A stretch of 64,000 nucleotides of DNA from Octopus vulgaris (lineage: Eukaryota): positions 125,860,001 through 125,924,000 of the forward strand of contig OX597817.1 in NCBI GenBank assembly GCA_951406725.2, read 5' to 3'. The stretch's first letter is position 1, and each line of letters begins with the position of its first letter. A program made the translations under genes and the position numbers. The notes below the pieces were generated by a model. It saw nothing but the letters and a program-made list of their open reading frames with translations. It was not told where the DNA came from and did no database searches. Below, in pieces: positions 12,874-26,243 of this stretch.

Positions 12874-13210
12874 AAAATTCTGTTTTTAAATGACTCGGTT
12901 TGAGAATTGCATTCGGTACAGTCTGTTTATATTTGGTAGTTATGACTTTAAGAGTCCCTCCTAGCGTGTGGCATTTATGTGTAATAATGCCCTCTATACA
13001 ATATAATTAAATATTTTCAAAGAAAAAAAATTACAGTTTTTTCTCTTATGAGGTTTCTCACGCTAATTTCTTGTTAAGATTTCTTATTAAGATTTTATCC
13101 TATTCTTAAAATTTATATATATATATATGTATATGGACAGTTATTTCCACAGAGGAGAGAAGTTCAATTTAGTGGTACTAAAATGAATTACTCACTGTAT
13201 TATATACATA

Positions 13211-13658
13211 GAAATAGATAGGTTTAAGAAACTAAATCACCCTCAAACATCATTGAATGAGCTTATCCACAATATGCGCATATAGGACTAAATATTAAAA
13301 TAATCAAAATTAATACCTTCAATTCTTATTACAAATCATATACTTTACATTATCTAGACTACACGCGTTTCATGATAACATATTCCTCGATATTGCTGAA
13401 ATATAATTTCTCTATACAATGCAATACCAATCATCAGGTCTATCTTATATGAACTTATTTTGCTATTTATATCATATATCATGACATGATCAACTAAGAT
13501 AATTTAACTAGAAGTTGTTGCTAATTTGGAATAAGAATTGTAGGTATTAATTTTGATAATTATACTATTTAGTCCTATATGTACATAATGTGGATAATGT
13601 CATTTAATGATGATTGAGCTGCTTGAGGGTGATTTTGTCTTTTAAACCTATCTATTCA
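13211..13658. mobile_element. Inverted-repeat element (~125-bp arms) with an internal hammerhead, flanked by TA runs
   Basis: GAAATAGATAGGTTTAAG...TTCTTATTACAAAT (13211-13336) is an inverted copy of 13524-13658. Confidence 0.8.
13355..13442 (-). ncRNA. Type I hammerhead motif with a long stem II
   Basis: Minus strand TAGAC-CTGATGA-(59 nt containing TATTGC/GCAATA)-GAAA-CGCGTGT-A-GTCTA. Stem I is perfect and stem III is near-palindromic, but the stem II closing pair is not canonical. Confidence 0.6.
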
Positions 13659-14039
13659 TATATATATATATATATATATATATACGTTTACATGATGGGT
13701 TTCTAACTGACAGTCTATAGAGTACTCACCACAAATGATAAACGCATATTAGTATTACTTTTTCCAGTGCTATGTGCCGATATCCCTATGCCAAAACACT
13801 CTTTCATCATGTTAGATAATAATATTTCTGTTGGTTGGAAACCAAAATACCGATGTAGATATTTCCTGACCTTCTACGTATTATAGAACTCTAAGCAAAA
13901 GAAGCAAAAGAGTCCATGATGTTAAAGGTATTACAAAATCACAATCAAATACCTGCAGATGAACTGATCTAGAAGTCTGAAATTCTAATACATAAAAAGC
14001 AATACAAACAGGTACTGACTATCTAGATATGTCATTTCA

Positions 14040-14277
14040 TTTAGAGATGCATATATACATACATACACACATATATATATATATATAATTATGTGTGTGA
14101 ATGTGTGTGCCTGTGTGTGTACGCATGTATATGCGTCTGGTTACAAACTTATGCATATGATTATACATACAAATAAGCAGCTGTCTATCTATCCATCTCT
14201 CTCTCTCTCTCTCTCTCTCTCGATATATATATACATATGTTATATTATATATATGCATATATATATGTATATATATG

Positions 14278-14341
<64 letters not shown>

Positions 14342-14360
14342 TATATATATGTTTATAAGG
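14040..14360 (+). repeat. Compound (TA)/(TG)/(CT) microsatellite tract
   Basis: Read directly from the sequence; it explains the IY-repeat ORFs. Confidence 0.9.
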
Positions 14361-15065
14361 GACACGCATACACATATACATGTTCATTCAGATATATTTT
14401 ACTAAGATGTTTCTATTTTTAGTTCAACTTCAATCAGGCGAGTTAGTTAATATTTTACAAAATCTTTCAGCCTCCATCACTAATTTAGATTCTAACGAAC
14501 TCTTCATTCGATTCTATGTTTTTCTGTGGACTGCTTTGTGATAACGACATGTCTGAAATTCCTCTGCAACTCTACTGCAATAAACGGTGAATGAAATGTT
14601 ACTTCATTACAAGAGAACTTTTCTAATTAAAACCTGAAATGTTTATTTCATTAATTACTAAAGCTACAGATAACTCTCATTCGAATAAGAAACATTTCTT
14701 AGTTTTGTTTTAGATATTTGTTCTCGTAGCTTATTTTCTTTATTTTTAAAGCAGAGACTTAGATTGATTTGAAGATCTGTAAAGTACAACAATATCAACA
14801 TACTAAATCGATTGTAAACTCTCAGTCGTGTCTGCAATTCCCATTAGATTCCTGGTTGAGATATTGCATATTTTCATTGTATACTTACAACTATTTACCC
14901 ATAAGTAATATCTTGTATGCAAAGAGAGATATAGAGAGAGTTAGAGAGAGTGAGAGAGAGAGAGAGAGACAGTCAGACAGAGACAAAGCGTCACAGAGAG
15001 AGTGTTTGTTTGTGATGTGTGCGTTTGTGAGAGTGGGATAGAGAGTGAGAGTGATAGAGAGAGGG

Positions 15066-15100
<35 letters not shown>

Positions 15101-17094
15101 GAGAGTTATTGGAGAAAGAACGTTTACCTTACGATGGATTTTTTTAGATATATTTTAGTCAGATGATATTTTCGCTGTCATTTCTTCTTCTATAATACAT
15201 GACCGGGTAGGTTTACGATCCAAAGTATTCCAGTTGTGATCTTTGTATCTTTTTCTTAGGCCACGTGAACCTAGTATTTCACTAACCAATCTACCTCACT
15301 ACTATTAAGTATGTAGGGAATGATTTTAGAGGAGACTTATTTCCTATTTCTGTCTCATGGAGTTTCCGCGAAAAACTTCGCTGAATTTTGTCACTATCAA
15401 TAGCAGTTGTTTGATGTTTATTTTACTTAAATGTGTCGGTGCTGAGCTAAACTATTAGTAAAGACGTTCCATTCATGACCATCTTCTCTTAGTGTATATA
15501 TACAAATTTTCTGTCCAAAATCGCCATCTGCTTCATTCACACTGGTGTGATTTGAAGGATTTCCATTACTAATTCTTGCAGGTCAAACGGAGACACAAAG
15601 TTACTTTTGTTGATTCGAATTCAGTTATGGTGATTGTTGTTTTTTTTTACCAACGTGTAACAGTCATCACACCTATGAATATCCCATGTCTTTGGGCTGT
15701 GAGATATGTAAAGTGTCTATTCTACTTTTTACAATTTTAGGGAATATGGTTGTTGATTCTATTAAAATCAATAACTTCATTACTTGCTCATTAAACATTA
15801 TGCTGGATTTCATATAAGAACATATGGAAATGGATGTATACAATATCTGACACTTTATGCAGTCCACGGCTATTTCTGCCAATGCATTGATGCAAAAGCG
15901 ATTTGCATCAGGATTAAAAACATGCATTGAATAATAATTAGCTTAACTTGGGCATTTCTGGTCTTCATCGATGTTACTTGCTCTAGACACCTGACATGAT
16001 GACAAGGTCTTCGGTTGGATGGAGAAAAAATGATTCAATTGATTATGCCAGAGGTGCTATACAGTAATAAAAACAATGATCTTAGAAGCCAAAAAGTAAG
16101 AAGAAGTCACTTGCAAACTTCCTATATAAAAAATTATAGGGTTAATAAACATATTTATTTCATACTTAGTGCTAAGTGTTTTTCAGTTCACTCTTAATAT
16201 CAAAACAGAAGCAAAAAGAGGAAATAAAAACCAACTGAGAGAAAAAGCAATATTTTAATACAGCGAAAAAGTTTAAAAATTGAAAAGATAAAAATACGAA
16301 TACATTTCAAAGAGGGAAAATAGCTCAACGTTTAGTCAACATTTGATAACTTTAATTTCTCTAAGCCCTTATTAATTAGAATTGATTATTACTGCCTCAC
16401 AAGTGATACTTATTGTATCAATATGATTCCTTATCAAGTAACTCCACCTAATTTAATTGTCAGCCAAATTTCCTCAAATCACAGGCTACTCTCTAGAATG
16501 TAACGAATATAAGTATCTTGTGTAACGTAACTCCGGATAAAGTATATCATTAGCAAGGTTATCAGAACTTCAATACAATTTATTAAATATCTACATATTG
16601 AGTGATGACCTGAGGATAATCACTAACTCTATGCCTGGCTCTTAGCTAAACTCCTATCAAGAGATTTCAACTTAAAACTACTAGAGGTAAAGATAAGTAT
16701 TTGAATTTATTGAATTTGATTTTAGAATGAAGTATGAACTCAAGAGACATCAACATCATAGCATGAAGTTTTTATTTTGGCATATTACTATTCTTTCTTA
16801 AGGCTAGAGTTCCATGAGAGATCATAACGATATACTTAAAACCCAGCACTTTATTAGCACTTTTTGAATTCTGATTTAGAGTAGATGAAATGCAACGCGT
16901 ACACTTGTTAATTATTAATTAATATTTAAAAAGCACATATTAAAAGAAAACACAAAGTTAACAACTCGTTCACTTTTAATGCTATAAGTAAATGAATTTA
17001 ACATAGGCGTTGCTTAGGATGTTTGGACTTTCAAAGATAAACGAGAGTCATAGAGTCGGCTGCAGTAGCTGAAGTTGTGTATGAATTGCACGGT

Positions 17095-17121
17095 GTCTAT
17101 TTATCTATCAATTTCCCTATG

Positions 17122-17152
<31 letters not shown>

Positions 17153-17153
17153 A

Positions 17154-17196
<43 letters not shown>

Positions 17197-17235
17197 TTAT
17201 CTCTCTCTCTCTATCTATATCTATCTATATATATA

Positions 17236-17266
<31 letters not shown>
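17095..17266 (+). repeat. (CTAT)n/(TA)n microsatellite
   Basis: Read directly from the sequence. Confidence 0.95.
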
Positions 17267-17269
<3 letters not shown>

Positions 17270-17634
17270 TATAGATGTATAAGCAAAAGAGTAATGATTT
17301 CATTTGGCAATAATAACGAATAATAACACTGATAATTATATTGTCAGATTGTCAGGATGAAAAATTCGCTCACTGTAAAAATTAGCAATAAAAAAATCAA
17401 AAGAAATATATCTCTCACAGAAAACATTTAGATATCGAAAATCATAGCAACGTACCAATACACAATAAACAATCTACAATTATATACGTACATAAGAAAC
17501 ATTCATCCACACATCACACTGCAACAAACATGTATGCATACATAAATATACGTATATCCATAGATTCACACATAGATTTTTACAAATACATATATGTATA
17601 CACACTAGATTTTTACAAATACATATATGCAATA

Positions 17635-17713
<79 letters not shown>

Positions 17714-18440
17714 TGTGTATGTGTGTGAGCGTGTGCTAATATGTATATCTGTATGTGTTTGCACAAACACATACATATATATATATATATATAGAAAGCC
17801 ATCTTTCAAAATGTATTTATCTATTTACAATTCATCTCAGTGTGTTCGTGCGCGTGTGTAGACACTACTTAAGCATATACAGAGATGTCTATATACATAC
17901 ATATCTGCCATTACATACACAAATGTCCATATATATTCCTAATCATAAATGAATTATTAGTTCTACATATAATATAATTAATAACATTCCTAACATAGAC
18001 TGACTTAAATTTCGGGTAGGGGTGAGTGTATTAGCCGATTATATCAATCTCAGAGATTAGCTAGTATCTATTTTATGGGTCTAAGAGTGACGAATTCAAC
18101 TCAGCTGATTTTAAACGGAGAACGTATACATCTAGAGCAAGTACTTCAAGTACCTTCAGCTTTTTAGTCCCAAACTGTAACGGTTCTGTTACTTCACTGA
18201 TATTTTTGTGGAATAACTATAAGCGCAATGATAGCTAAGATTTTATCCTAATATTGCACCACATTTTGGTTTGCTGTGTTACAATGAACTGTACCGAAAC
18301 TTGCTAATATGATACTAAGAATAAATGGTGGTATAATATTTTCAATCTAATTTTGACATTAAAACGTAATACGTTAGTACGTACAAACGTACGTCTTGCT
18401 TCTCCCTCTCTCTCTCTGTATATTTATATATATATATATA

Positions 18441-18584
18441 TAGTTACTCCAAACATGAACAAAGAGAAAACACAATAACGCGAGGACGTGGAACAAGTAT
18501 AGTGTTATTGGACGCTCAGGAAAGGAAAGGAAGAAGGAAGATTTAATGTTTCGAGCGGAGCACATCGTCAGAAACATAGAAAAA

Positions 18585-18586
<2 letters not shown>
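18441..18586 (-). mobile_element. Short Penelope-like terminal-repeat remnant with a minimal hammerhead, inside (TA)n
   Basis: Minus strand 18575-18541: GTTT-CTGACGA-T-GTGC-TCC-GCTC-GAAA-CA-TT-AAAT. TA repeats lie on both sides. Confidence 0.65.
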
Positions 18587-18649
<63 letters not shown>

Positions 18650-18653
<4 letters not shown>

Positions 18654-19174
18654 AAAGAAGGAAAATGCATACAATTTACGTAGTTTTAATATTTTTTTTA
18701 AATGCAGATTATTGTGATAATCGACCGGTTTCGCGTTTTAATAATCACGACATTGAAATCCTTGTGATTTCGTATTTTCTTCAGGTGGTTTGAGTCCATG
18801 CTTTTGGACTAAAACTTCTTAAGAAAATACGAAAGCACAATAATTTCAATGTCACGGTTCGTGAAACGCGAAACCGGTCGAAAACCATAATACATTAATC
18901 CCTCGCCATATCGCAGTTCACCTATCACGATTTATTTTTTAAGCTTATGTTAATTCATCCATGGTGATGTTTTACATTTATAATAAAATAAATACATGGA
19001 AAATGTAAAAACAAAATTATAAAAAAAAATTCAGTACTGTTTCTGCTTCGCGGATTTTCAACTATCACGTGGGGATTTGGAACGTAACACCTGCGATAGT
19101 CGCGTGATTACAGTACTCTATCATTTAAAATATATTAAAACTATGTAAACTGTGTGCATTTTCCTTCTTTTATA
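18650..19174. mobile_element. Foldback element with a decayed hammerhead, interrupted by a Tigger-like MITE
   Basis: Outer arms 18650-18704 / 19122-19174 and inner arms 18721-18781 / 18821-18881. The left arm on the minus strand reads CTGAAGA...GAAACCGGTC. Confidence 0.8.
18893..19113. mobile_element. Tigger/pogo-like MITE with TA TSD
   Basis: TA|CATTAATCCCTCGCCATATCGC ... GCGATAGTCGCGTGATTACAG|TA; imperfect TIRs of the CAGTAATCCCTCG type. Confidence 0.75.
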
Positions 19175-19209
19175 ACACACGCACGCACACACACACACAT
19201 ATACATATA

Positions 19210-19465
19210 GGAGGAGCACTCCGCCGGTCACGACACGGAGGGTCCCAGCTGATACGATCAACGCAACAGCTTCCTCATGAAATTAACGTGCAAGTGGCTG
19301 AGCACTCCACAGACACGTGTCCCCTTAACGTAGTTCTCAGAGAGATTCAGCGTGACACAGAATGTGAGGAGGTCGGCCCTTTGAAATACAAGTACTAATC
19401 ATTTTTGCCAGCTGAGTGGACAGGAACAAGGTGAAATAAAATGTCTTGCTCAAAGACACAACGCA
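19210..19465 (-). mobile_element. SINE of a third family, 5'-truncated (CORE-like segment)
   Basis: Minus strand GCGTTGTGTCTTTGAGCAAGACATTTTATTTCACCTTGTTCCTGTCCACTCAGCTGGCAAAAATGA..., a CORE-like motif. No tRNA head is retained. Confidence 0.7.
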
Positions 19466-21194
19466 TGTATACACATACATGTGTATATTCAAATATGCAC
19501 GTCAAACGGACACGCACTCACATACGTATATATATTTCTATGTATATATGTGTGTATATATATATTTATAAATATGTATGTGTGTGTAAATGTAGATATG
19601 AATATGTATTTATACATTTACCTATTGATATACGTACAAACATTCCTGTACGTTCATATGTATATTGGTATGTGTATGTGTGCTGATACAGATACAGAGG
19701 TTCACACACATTCCCCAACTAACATATAAAATGACAGGGTGTATTGATCGAATCTTGTTAGATCAGTTAGTCTGAATTCTCCATAGCTTACACATTTAGA
19801 AATTCATACATACCAAGATAGAAATTAAACCTGACATTTGTAAATGTTATTTAGCATTAAAGTGATAAGATGCTTGAATTTAAACCAGTTTTCTATTTCT
19901 GTTGAGTGATTTTCATATTATTCTCAAGAACCGGGTCGCCTATTCGACATTATAATTAATTCATTAGATTCTACTAATTTAAAAGGCAAAGAAGACAATG
20001 ATCTGCAAAAAGTGGTACTTGAGAATCTACAAAATCTATCATTTAAATGAAATCTCTTCGAATTGTATTCTCTATTTTCTTTCTTTTTTGTCATTATTTA
20101 CTTAACTATGGAATAAACAATGCGTTATTTATACAACTATGAGAGGTAAATTGATAGAAACTTATTGCGTGTGGCCCCAAAATACGTTGTATAGTTTTAA
20201 AGATTTATGTTCTAAGTTCAAATCCTCCTACGACCAGCCTTGCTGCTTATTATTCCAAAGTTGATAAAACGGGTAATTTAAACAAAACGTCCCCCAGAAA
20301 AAGGTTATAAATTTAATGATATTGTAACTAAATTACAAACAATTAGTTACCCAGTTGTACACTCACATATAAATATATACACACGTACATACATACAACA
20401 GGATACATACCAGCCCGTCTGGAGCAAAGTAAGCCTGAACATGAGATCTTGGGGAGATAATGTAAATCCTTAATTCATATGTTATAAATGATCACAATAT
20501 GTGAGGTTATAAACATCTGAATGACCTTTTTAAGATTTAAAGGATTATGGTTAAAACAAGATACTTTTCTTCGCAACCTGGCTAGAAAGTAGATGGCCGC
20601 TCAAACATACAGACATACATGTTAGCTAGTCTATTTTGTCTCATGTCTTCTCTCCTGTTGATATATGAACATTTAATGTGGTTTTAGAGTCAAGTTTTGA
20701 CCGCTATTTCCAGCGTGGTGGTTTCTCTTAGATACACTAAATTATAAGTTTAATAATAATTATTACCTTTGAAGGTTTTTATTCCCATACTGACCACCTC
20801 ATAACATCGGCATTTAAATAACGAGCTTATCCTTATTTATATAAATACATTCATATGTGTATATATTCGAAGTTGCAGTGGGAAAGGAGTGCTTTGGTCT
20901 TCCAATCAGTTTGTTAGATGATGGGTGAGTGGCAAGTATGGCTGAACGAATGAAACCGTACTGTACATACAGTAAGTGTCACTCAGCATACACACAAAGA
21001 CCAGAGATGAAGTGGGGTTCATCAATTAGATCTTAATGGCTCTCTCTTAAAAAAAACCTTTTCGGGGCTAGAATGCATAGAATCAACTCATTTCTTATAA
21101 TCTTAGGTCATTTAATGTAATTCTAAACTGTTCTATATACTGTCCGTTTTATGAACACTACATAAACTATATGAGCATAGCCAAATAAAGAAAT

Positions 21195-21325
21195 ACAAGT
21201 GTGTGAAAAATTAGAATATTCAATGGAGGTTAATAATCATGAGGCTTACAACACTCAGACTGCAAAAAGTAGCCCTGGTTGAAACAGTCCTCATCTTGCT
21301 CGAGGTACTATTGATTCGATAGTGC
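21195..21325 (+). pseudogene. R4/Dong LINE extreme 3' coding remnant
   Basis: Reads ..RLQKVALVETVLILLEVL.., similar to VQKIVLTGTSHVLRRAL in the 56533 copy. Confidence 0.4.
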
Positions 21326-24300
21326 AGCTCCTTGTGTACGGTTTGTTCATTGCAATGTACAGTGATATAATCTTGGAGGCTAGAGTAAATTCTTTCCTAT
21401 TGAAATCATTCAGTATCATGCACTTTGTCCGACAATGTTATCTTGTTTGGTTTAATGCTGACGTTTGAGACGCTACTGTGGATACTAGAGATATTGAGGT
21501 GCATATCACGTTAGCTCCTAGTCGGAAGATCTTCGTCAGCACTCAGTTGTGAAATCAGTGACATATTGTCGGACATCAGACATATGGAACTGATCAGCCC
21601 TGCTTTTAGTGATTTTAAGTTGATGACAGGAGCAATAATGAAGCAAGAAATGTTAGTGGCCTGTTATAAAGGCTCCTAGTGATGCTGAGACATTACTTGA
21701 GGCTAAGACTTCTCCAGCAAATTCATGAAGGTTAGTAGATGTGGTTACCGTTTATCTTGTTTTTCCATGTCTCGCTTTTTTTGGTTGAGTCTTAGACTGA
21801 CGTAGAGTACTTGGAAACACAGATTAATTCCATTCGCTTACATCTGTTTAGTAGTAGGGTAATGGTGTTGTAGGAAATATCATTTTAAAGTCCTATATGT
21901 GGTTAGTGACGCAAAAAAAACCCTCCAAAAGAACCGTTATTCTCCTGGAAACCCAGGGTATCAGGGATAATCAATTGGCTTGCCTGTTGCAGAATATTTG
22001 AATCCGGGCTCCCATTGATAACTCTGAAATTTCAAACGGACTGCCTGGACGTTGGAATTTTCTGAATATAGTTCTATGTACACGTTAACACGTGGCATAG
22101 CCGTTTCATCAAATGAACATGACATAGCATGTGGGAATCCTGGGTATTTACCTTGATGACATAATCATTCCCACGATATTCCCCAGTGTTTCTGTCTATC
22201 AAGTTTAAGTCATAATGGACTGGAGAAATAGCGTTATGCTGACTGAAATGTCTTAAATGCCAGGCTTTTGTAAAGAGCTAGGTACCTCTTGATTGCGAAG
22301 TGAACATATTAACCATTCAGCTATGCTCGACGCATGCATATATTACACGTACATACATATATGTATATGTCTTCAAACACACACACACACACACAGAGTT
22401 ACATACAAAGAGAAAGAGAGAGAGAGAGAATGAGAGCGCCACGAATTGATTATTTCTAACCTCTAATCATATTGAAGCTGTCATGATACTAAATAGCTAC
22501 TATTGTTCATTGGCTATTAATATGTCATAGATAAAATCTTTGACAACACTATTGTTTTAATTCTTCTGAATATTTATTCAACAAGACAGACAGAGAGCCA
22601 GCCATTAAAGAACATTAAAATTGTATATTACCAAAATAACTTCATTATATTATTTTTATTTAATTCCGCTTCCTTGTTAACGTTGGTTACTAATTTAGTA
22701 ATATAGGGATGTGTTGTCATATTTCAGGAAAATATTTGGCCATTTCGAAATCAAACTCTCTCATAACTAAATGATGTCTACTATTTTAAACAACAGTAAC
22801 AATTCAGCTTATTCAGCTAAATACTTAGATATTTTTGATTATTTCCTTGTAGGGATAGGTACCTTCAATGTTTTCCTAGAACCGTAGAAATTCTATTTCT
22901 TCTTCCTGTTTTGATGCATGCATTTATTGATCTGTATAACATTGTTTATTTAAAAAAATAGTCGATTCACTTCATTTTGTTTGCATAGGTCATGTCATGT
23001 TGCTTAAAGAATAACGCCAAATTATTTTTCATTATGATAAAAACTTATTGCTGCTTCGGTTTAGACCCATAGTTTAGTGTGCAAAAATACGTAATACTCG
23101 AACGCACATTCCAAGAGGTAGAGTAATAATATAGATGTTTGCTGATTCTTACGAAAAATTTACAGATCTGAAATCTTTAAGCAATTAATCCTTTTTTTTC
23201 CCATTTTTTCACACATTTTCTGAAGGACAGTCTTGGCCTTGAGTCACTCATGTTTGTCTAATATAAAATCAGAGATGGTTGTTAATTTTTAGTATCGGTT
23301 CCGGTTCTGAAACATTTGAGAATGCGTATACTCGATCATATGGAACCTAGTATTTCATGCTCATTTGCCTGACCCCCGAAAGATAAAAGGCAATGGCCTT
23401 CTTGGAGAATTCTTTTTAAAAAATGAAGCTGATTACATGGAGGTAACTATCAATGTAGTGTAAGTACTTTCGCCTTTCTAATATCAGCAGTCATACCTTC
23501 TTCAACTAACACACTCACCAAAACAAGAAATAAATAAAAAGCATATAATTTAGTGGCAGATCCTTAGACATAAAACAGGTAGGATGGTCATGCTAGAACG
23601 CATTTCCTACTAAACGCTTGTTATTGCTTTGGTAAATGAGAGTAAGGGGTGAGATGAAACACTTATGGAAAGACGTGGGAATGATTTGGCAGATTAATAA
23701 AAGAGCCAACTAAAACAGTAATTAAAATACGATTTATGATGTTTAAAAGGCGATTTGCCTTGATACGGGCTTGCAATTGCCTCCCTACTGTTTCTCTTCA
23801 ATCCCTCAATATTTTGGCTACCACTGAAGAGTTCAAAATTCTCCGTTAGTAGTTCTTTGCGCATTGTGAGGACTAAGGAGCCAGGTTTCATGGTTATGTC
23901 GCTTCTAATTTGAGCCAAGTACACTCGGGGTACTTTATTAATAGTCCACCTATACGATATTTTTGTTTTCTCCTACAAACATTTCTCCGACTATTTGTAA
24001 TCCGCACGTTTCATACTTACATTAGCTTTTATTAATAAGTGCGACGATACCCTAAAACGTTTGGTGTTATTGGTTTTACATACTTTATATGTCAATTACT
24101 TTCACATTTTTCAGTTTTTGGTAACTTGTCAACTAGCTAAAAAACACAATATACATTTCCAAATATCGAAAATTACACAACACTACACAAAACAAATAAA
24201 ACACTAGCACGATAAAAGTTTCATCTCAGAATGGATACTAACCATAAATAGAAAACAATAATGAACATTTGATACAAAAAAAATATTTCAAACGGTTTCA

Positions 24301-24599
24301 CAAGCATCGTCAACGATAGTGGTAACAATAACAGTAACAATACTCGAAAAGTCATACTCAGACAATGTTGAGAAAGGAAATAGTGGAAGTGTGACGCATT
24401 TTGTATTGCCTTTTTGGTTACACAGTATGAGAGATTTCATTTGAAAATTTTCCAGAAAATGCTTTAGCTTTGAGAATTGTATAAAACCGAGCGAAAAAGA
24501 AAATAACATATCTATAATGTAAGAATGAGGAGGAGCTTTCCGGTTCCCAACAAGTAGCATCTCGTAGGTACCTTACCAGAAATATCGGAAGATGTTCTC

Positions 24600-25720
24600 T
24601 CTTTTGAGCCGAATACTGTCTACTTTATATTAACAACCGAGTATAGGCATACATCAGCACATAAACCCGAGATTAATATATGTGACATAGAAAGGCAAAA
24701 TCCTCGATGAAGCATATCAATAAGGATATTGAACAGTGTCTTTTTGACTCATTTATATCCCAGTAAAACTGATGTGTAGCGGAAATATAGCGGAATACGA
24801 AATGAGACCGAATGGAGCCAGGATAGCTTTGCATGTCTTAGTGATCACTGACAAGAAGAAAGATATACCCGAGTTGTGCCCCGTTGAAGATACCTTGACT
24901 AAATATATGTCTATGAGTGTTCAAAGCAAATAGTCTAGTTGTTATATATGCCGTAGAAAAGTCACTTCAGCGTCGTTTGTTTCGATGAACTGAAATGCTA
25001 GAGAAACAGAATCAGGAGGTATCCAACGGAGAGAAACTAATTCTGAAACATAATCTACAGGAACTACCGTCTAGAGCTGTATGAACCACATCTCAAAGAC
25101 TTGTCATCGCGTGCCAAATCATAGAAACAAGTGACCAGGTATGTGTTTGTCACCTCCGACTTAACCCCGATTTAGCAACCAGACAAGCACTACCACTTAT
25201 TTTGTCACAAGCAGTATGTTATTTAAGAGGTTTCAGAATTTAAAAAGAAAACGACATCAGAAAGTAAAAATTTAGAAAAGAATGAAGAGGTTATAAAGTA
25301 GCCTCAACGGAAAAGCTGGAAGGTCGGCCCTACTCAAGAAAACACCATAGTATTCACATTAATGCGGCAGGATAACAGATATATGGTAGATTTGTGCATC
25401 AAAGTATCTGTCGATTATAAGGGAGATATTTTCAGAAAATATTACTGCCTTTTTAAACATCCGAACCCAGAGTATCATTAAAAATTTCACCACGGGATCA
25501 TCATCTTTATTTTTTCACTGGACATGATCAGTGGCCTAGTGACTGAAGTCTTTTATGAAAGGGCAACTGCTAATCATCTATGAGCGCAAAAATTCAATAT
25601 TAAAGATTGAAACGCAAAGCGGAGCATTCAAGCTGCAGAAATCTTTGATGAGCAATGGCCGAAAGAGACATTAATATCATTGCTACACTGAAGAATTTTG
25701 AGAGACCAGCATCTTATCCT
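24600..25720 (+). pseudogene. Possible decayed LINE ORF1 (CCHC) and start of an APE domain
   Basis: Fragments SCMNHISKTCHR (~25075-25110) and *NAKRS..RDINIIA (~25607-25685), with many stops and frameshifts. Confidence 0.25.
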
Positions 25721-26121
25721 GTTGGCAATTTATCTTTCCCCAACTTAATACTATAGAACACTTGAAATAAACATTGGATCTATTAATCATCATGATTCGC
25801 TTCAGAATATTCAATTACTATTAAATTAATAACTTGTAATGAAGTGACAGAAATGTCAATTACTTTATTCTAAATCAAAAGGATCAATGAAATCGGGCTT
25901 ATCTTCGATTTTCAAAATGTTAGCTTGACGAGAAATAGATCTCCACCTGGATAGAGTTAACACGTATATTATGGTTTCCACCTTTCTGCACTGCTTATAT
26001 CAGAGTGTTATACAAATGCTATTGTTTCTATTCGAAGGGAGGAAGCATTTGTTCTGGCTCTTTACTATTTTAGTCTGAATTCCGCTGCAATCAACTTTAC
26101 ATTTCATTTATCTGAGAACTA

Positions 26122-26243
26122 CTATAAAATGAAATACCCATAAAATAAAGTACCCATAAAATAAAGTGTCTATAAATTATCTATAAATAAAATTACCTAT
26201 TTATAAAATAAAGTATTTATGAAGTAGCTACAAAATAAAGTAC
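26122..26243 (+). repeat. Degenerate ~17-20-bp minisatellite (ATAAAATAAAGTACCC)
   Basis: About six diverged units directly follow a decayed SINE core at ~26060-26120. Confidence 0.65.

Larger units (their letters stand above)
12229..13113 (+). mobile_element. Hammerhead-bearing tandem element (retrozyme / Penelope pLTR-like) embedded in (TA)n
   Basis: An inverted ~85-bp segment (12229-12311) is followed by direct repeats 12312-~12650 and 12786-13113 (period 474). Each repeat has a hammerhead, and (TA)n lies on both sides. Confidence 0.85.

Noticed and set aside
15673-15975. Possible RT relic on the minus strand
   Set aside because: No intact RT motif, so the similarity could be chance.
21450-22260. 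Possible RTE endonuclease relic on the minus strand
   Set aside because: Only scattered, frameshifted resemblances, not enough to support a call.
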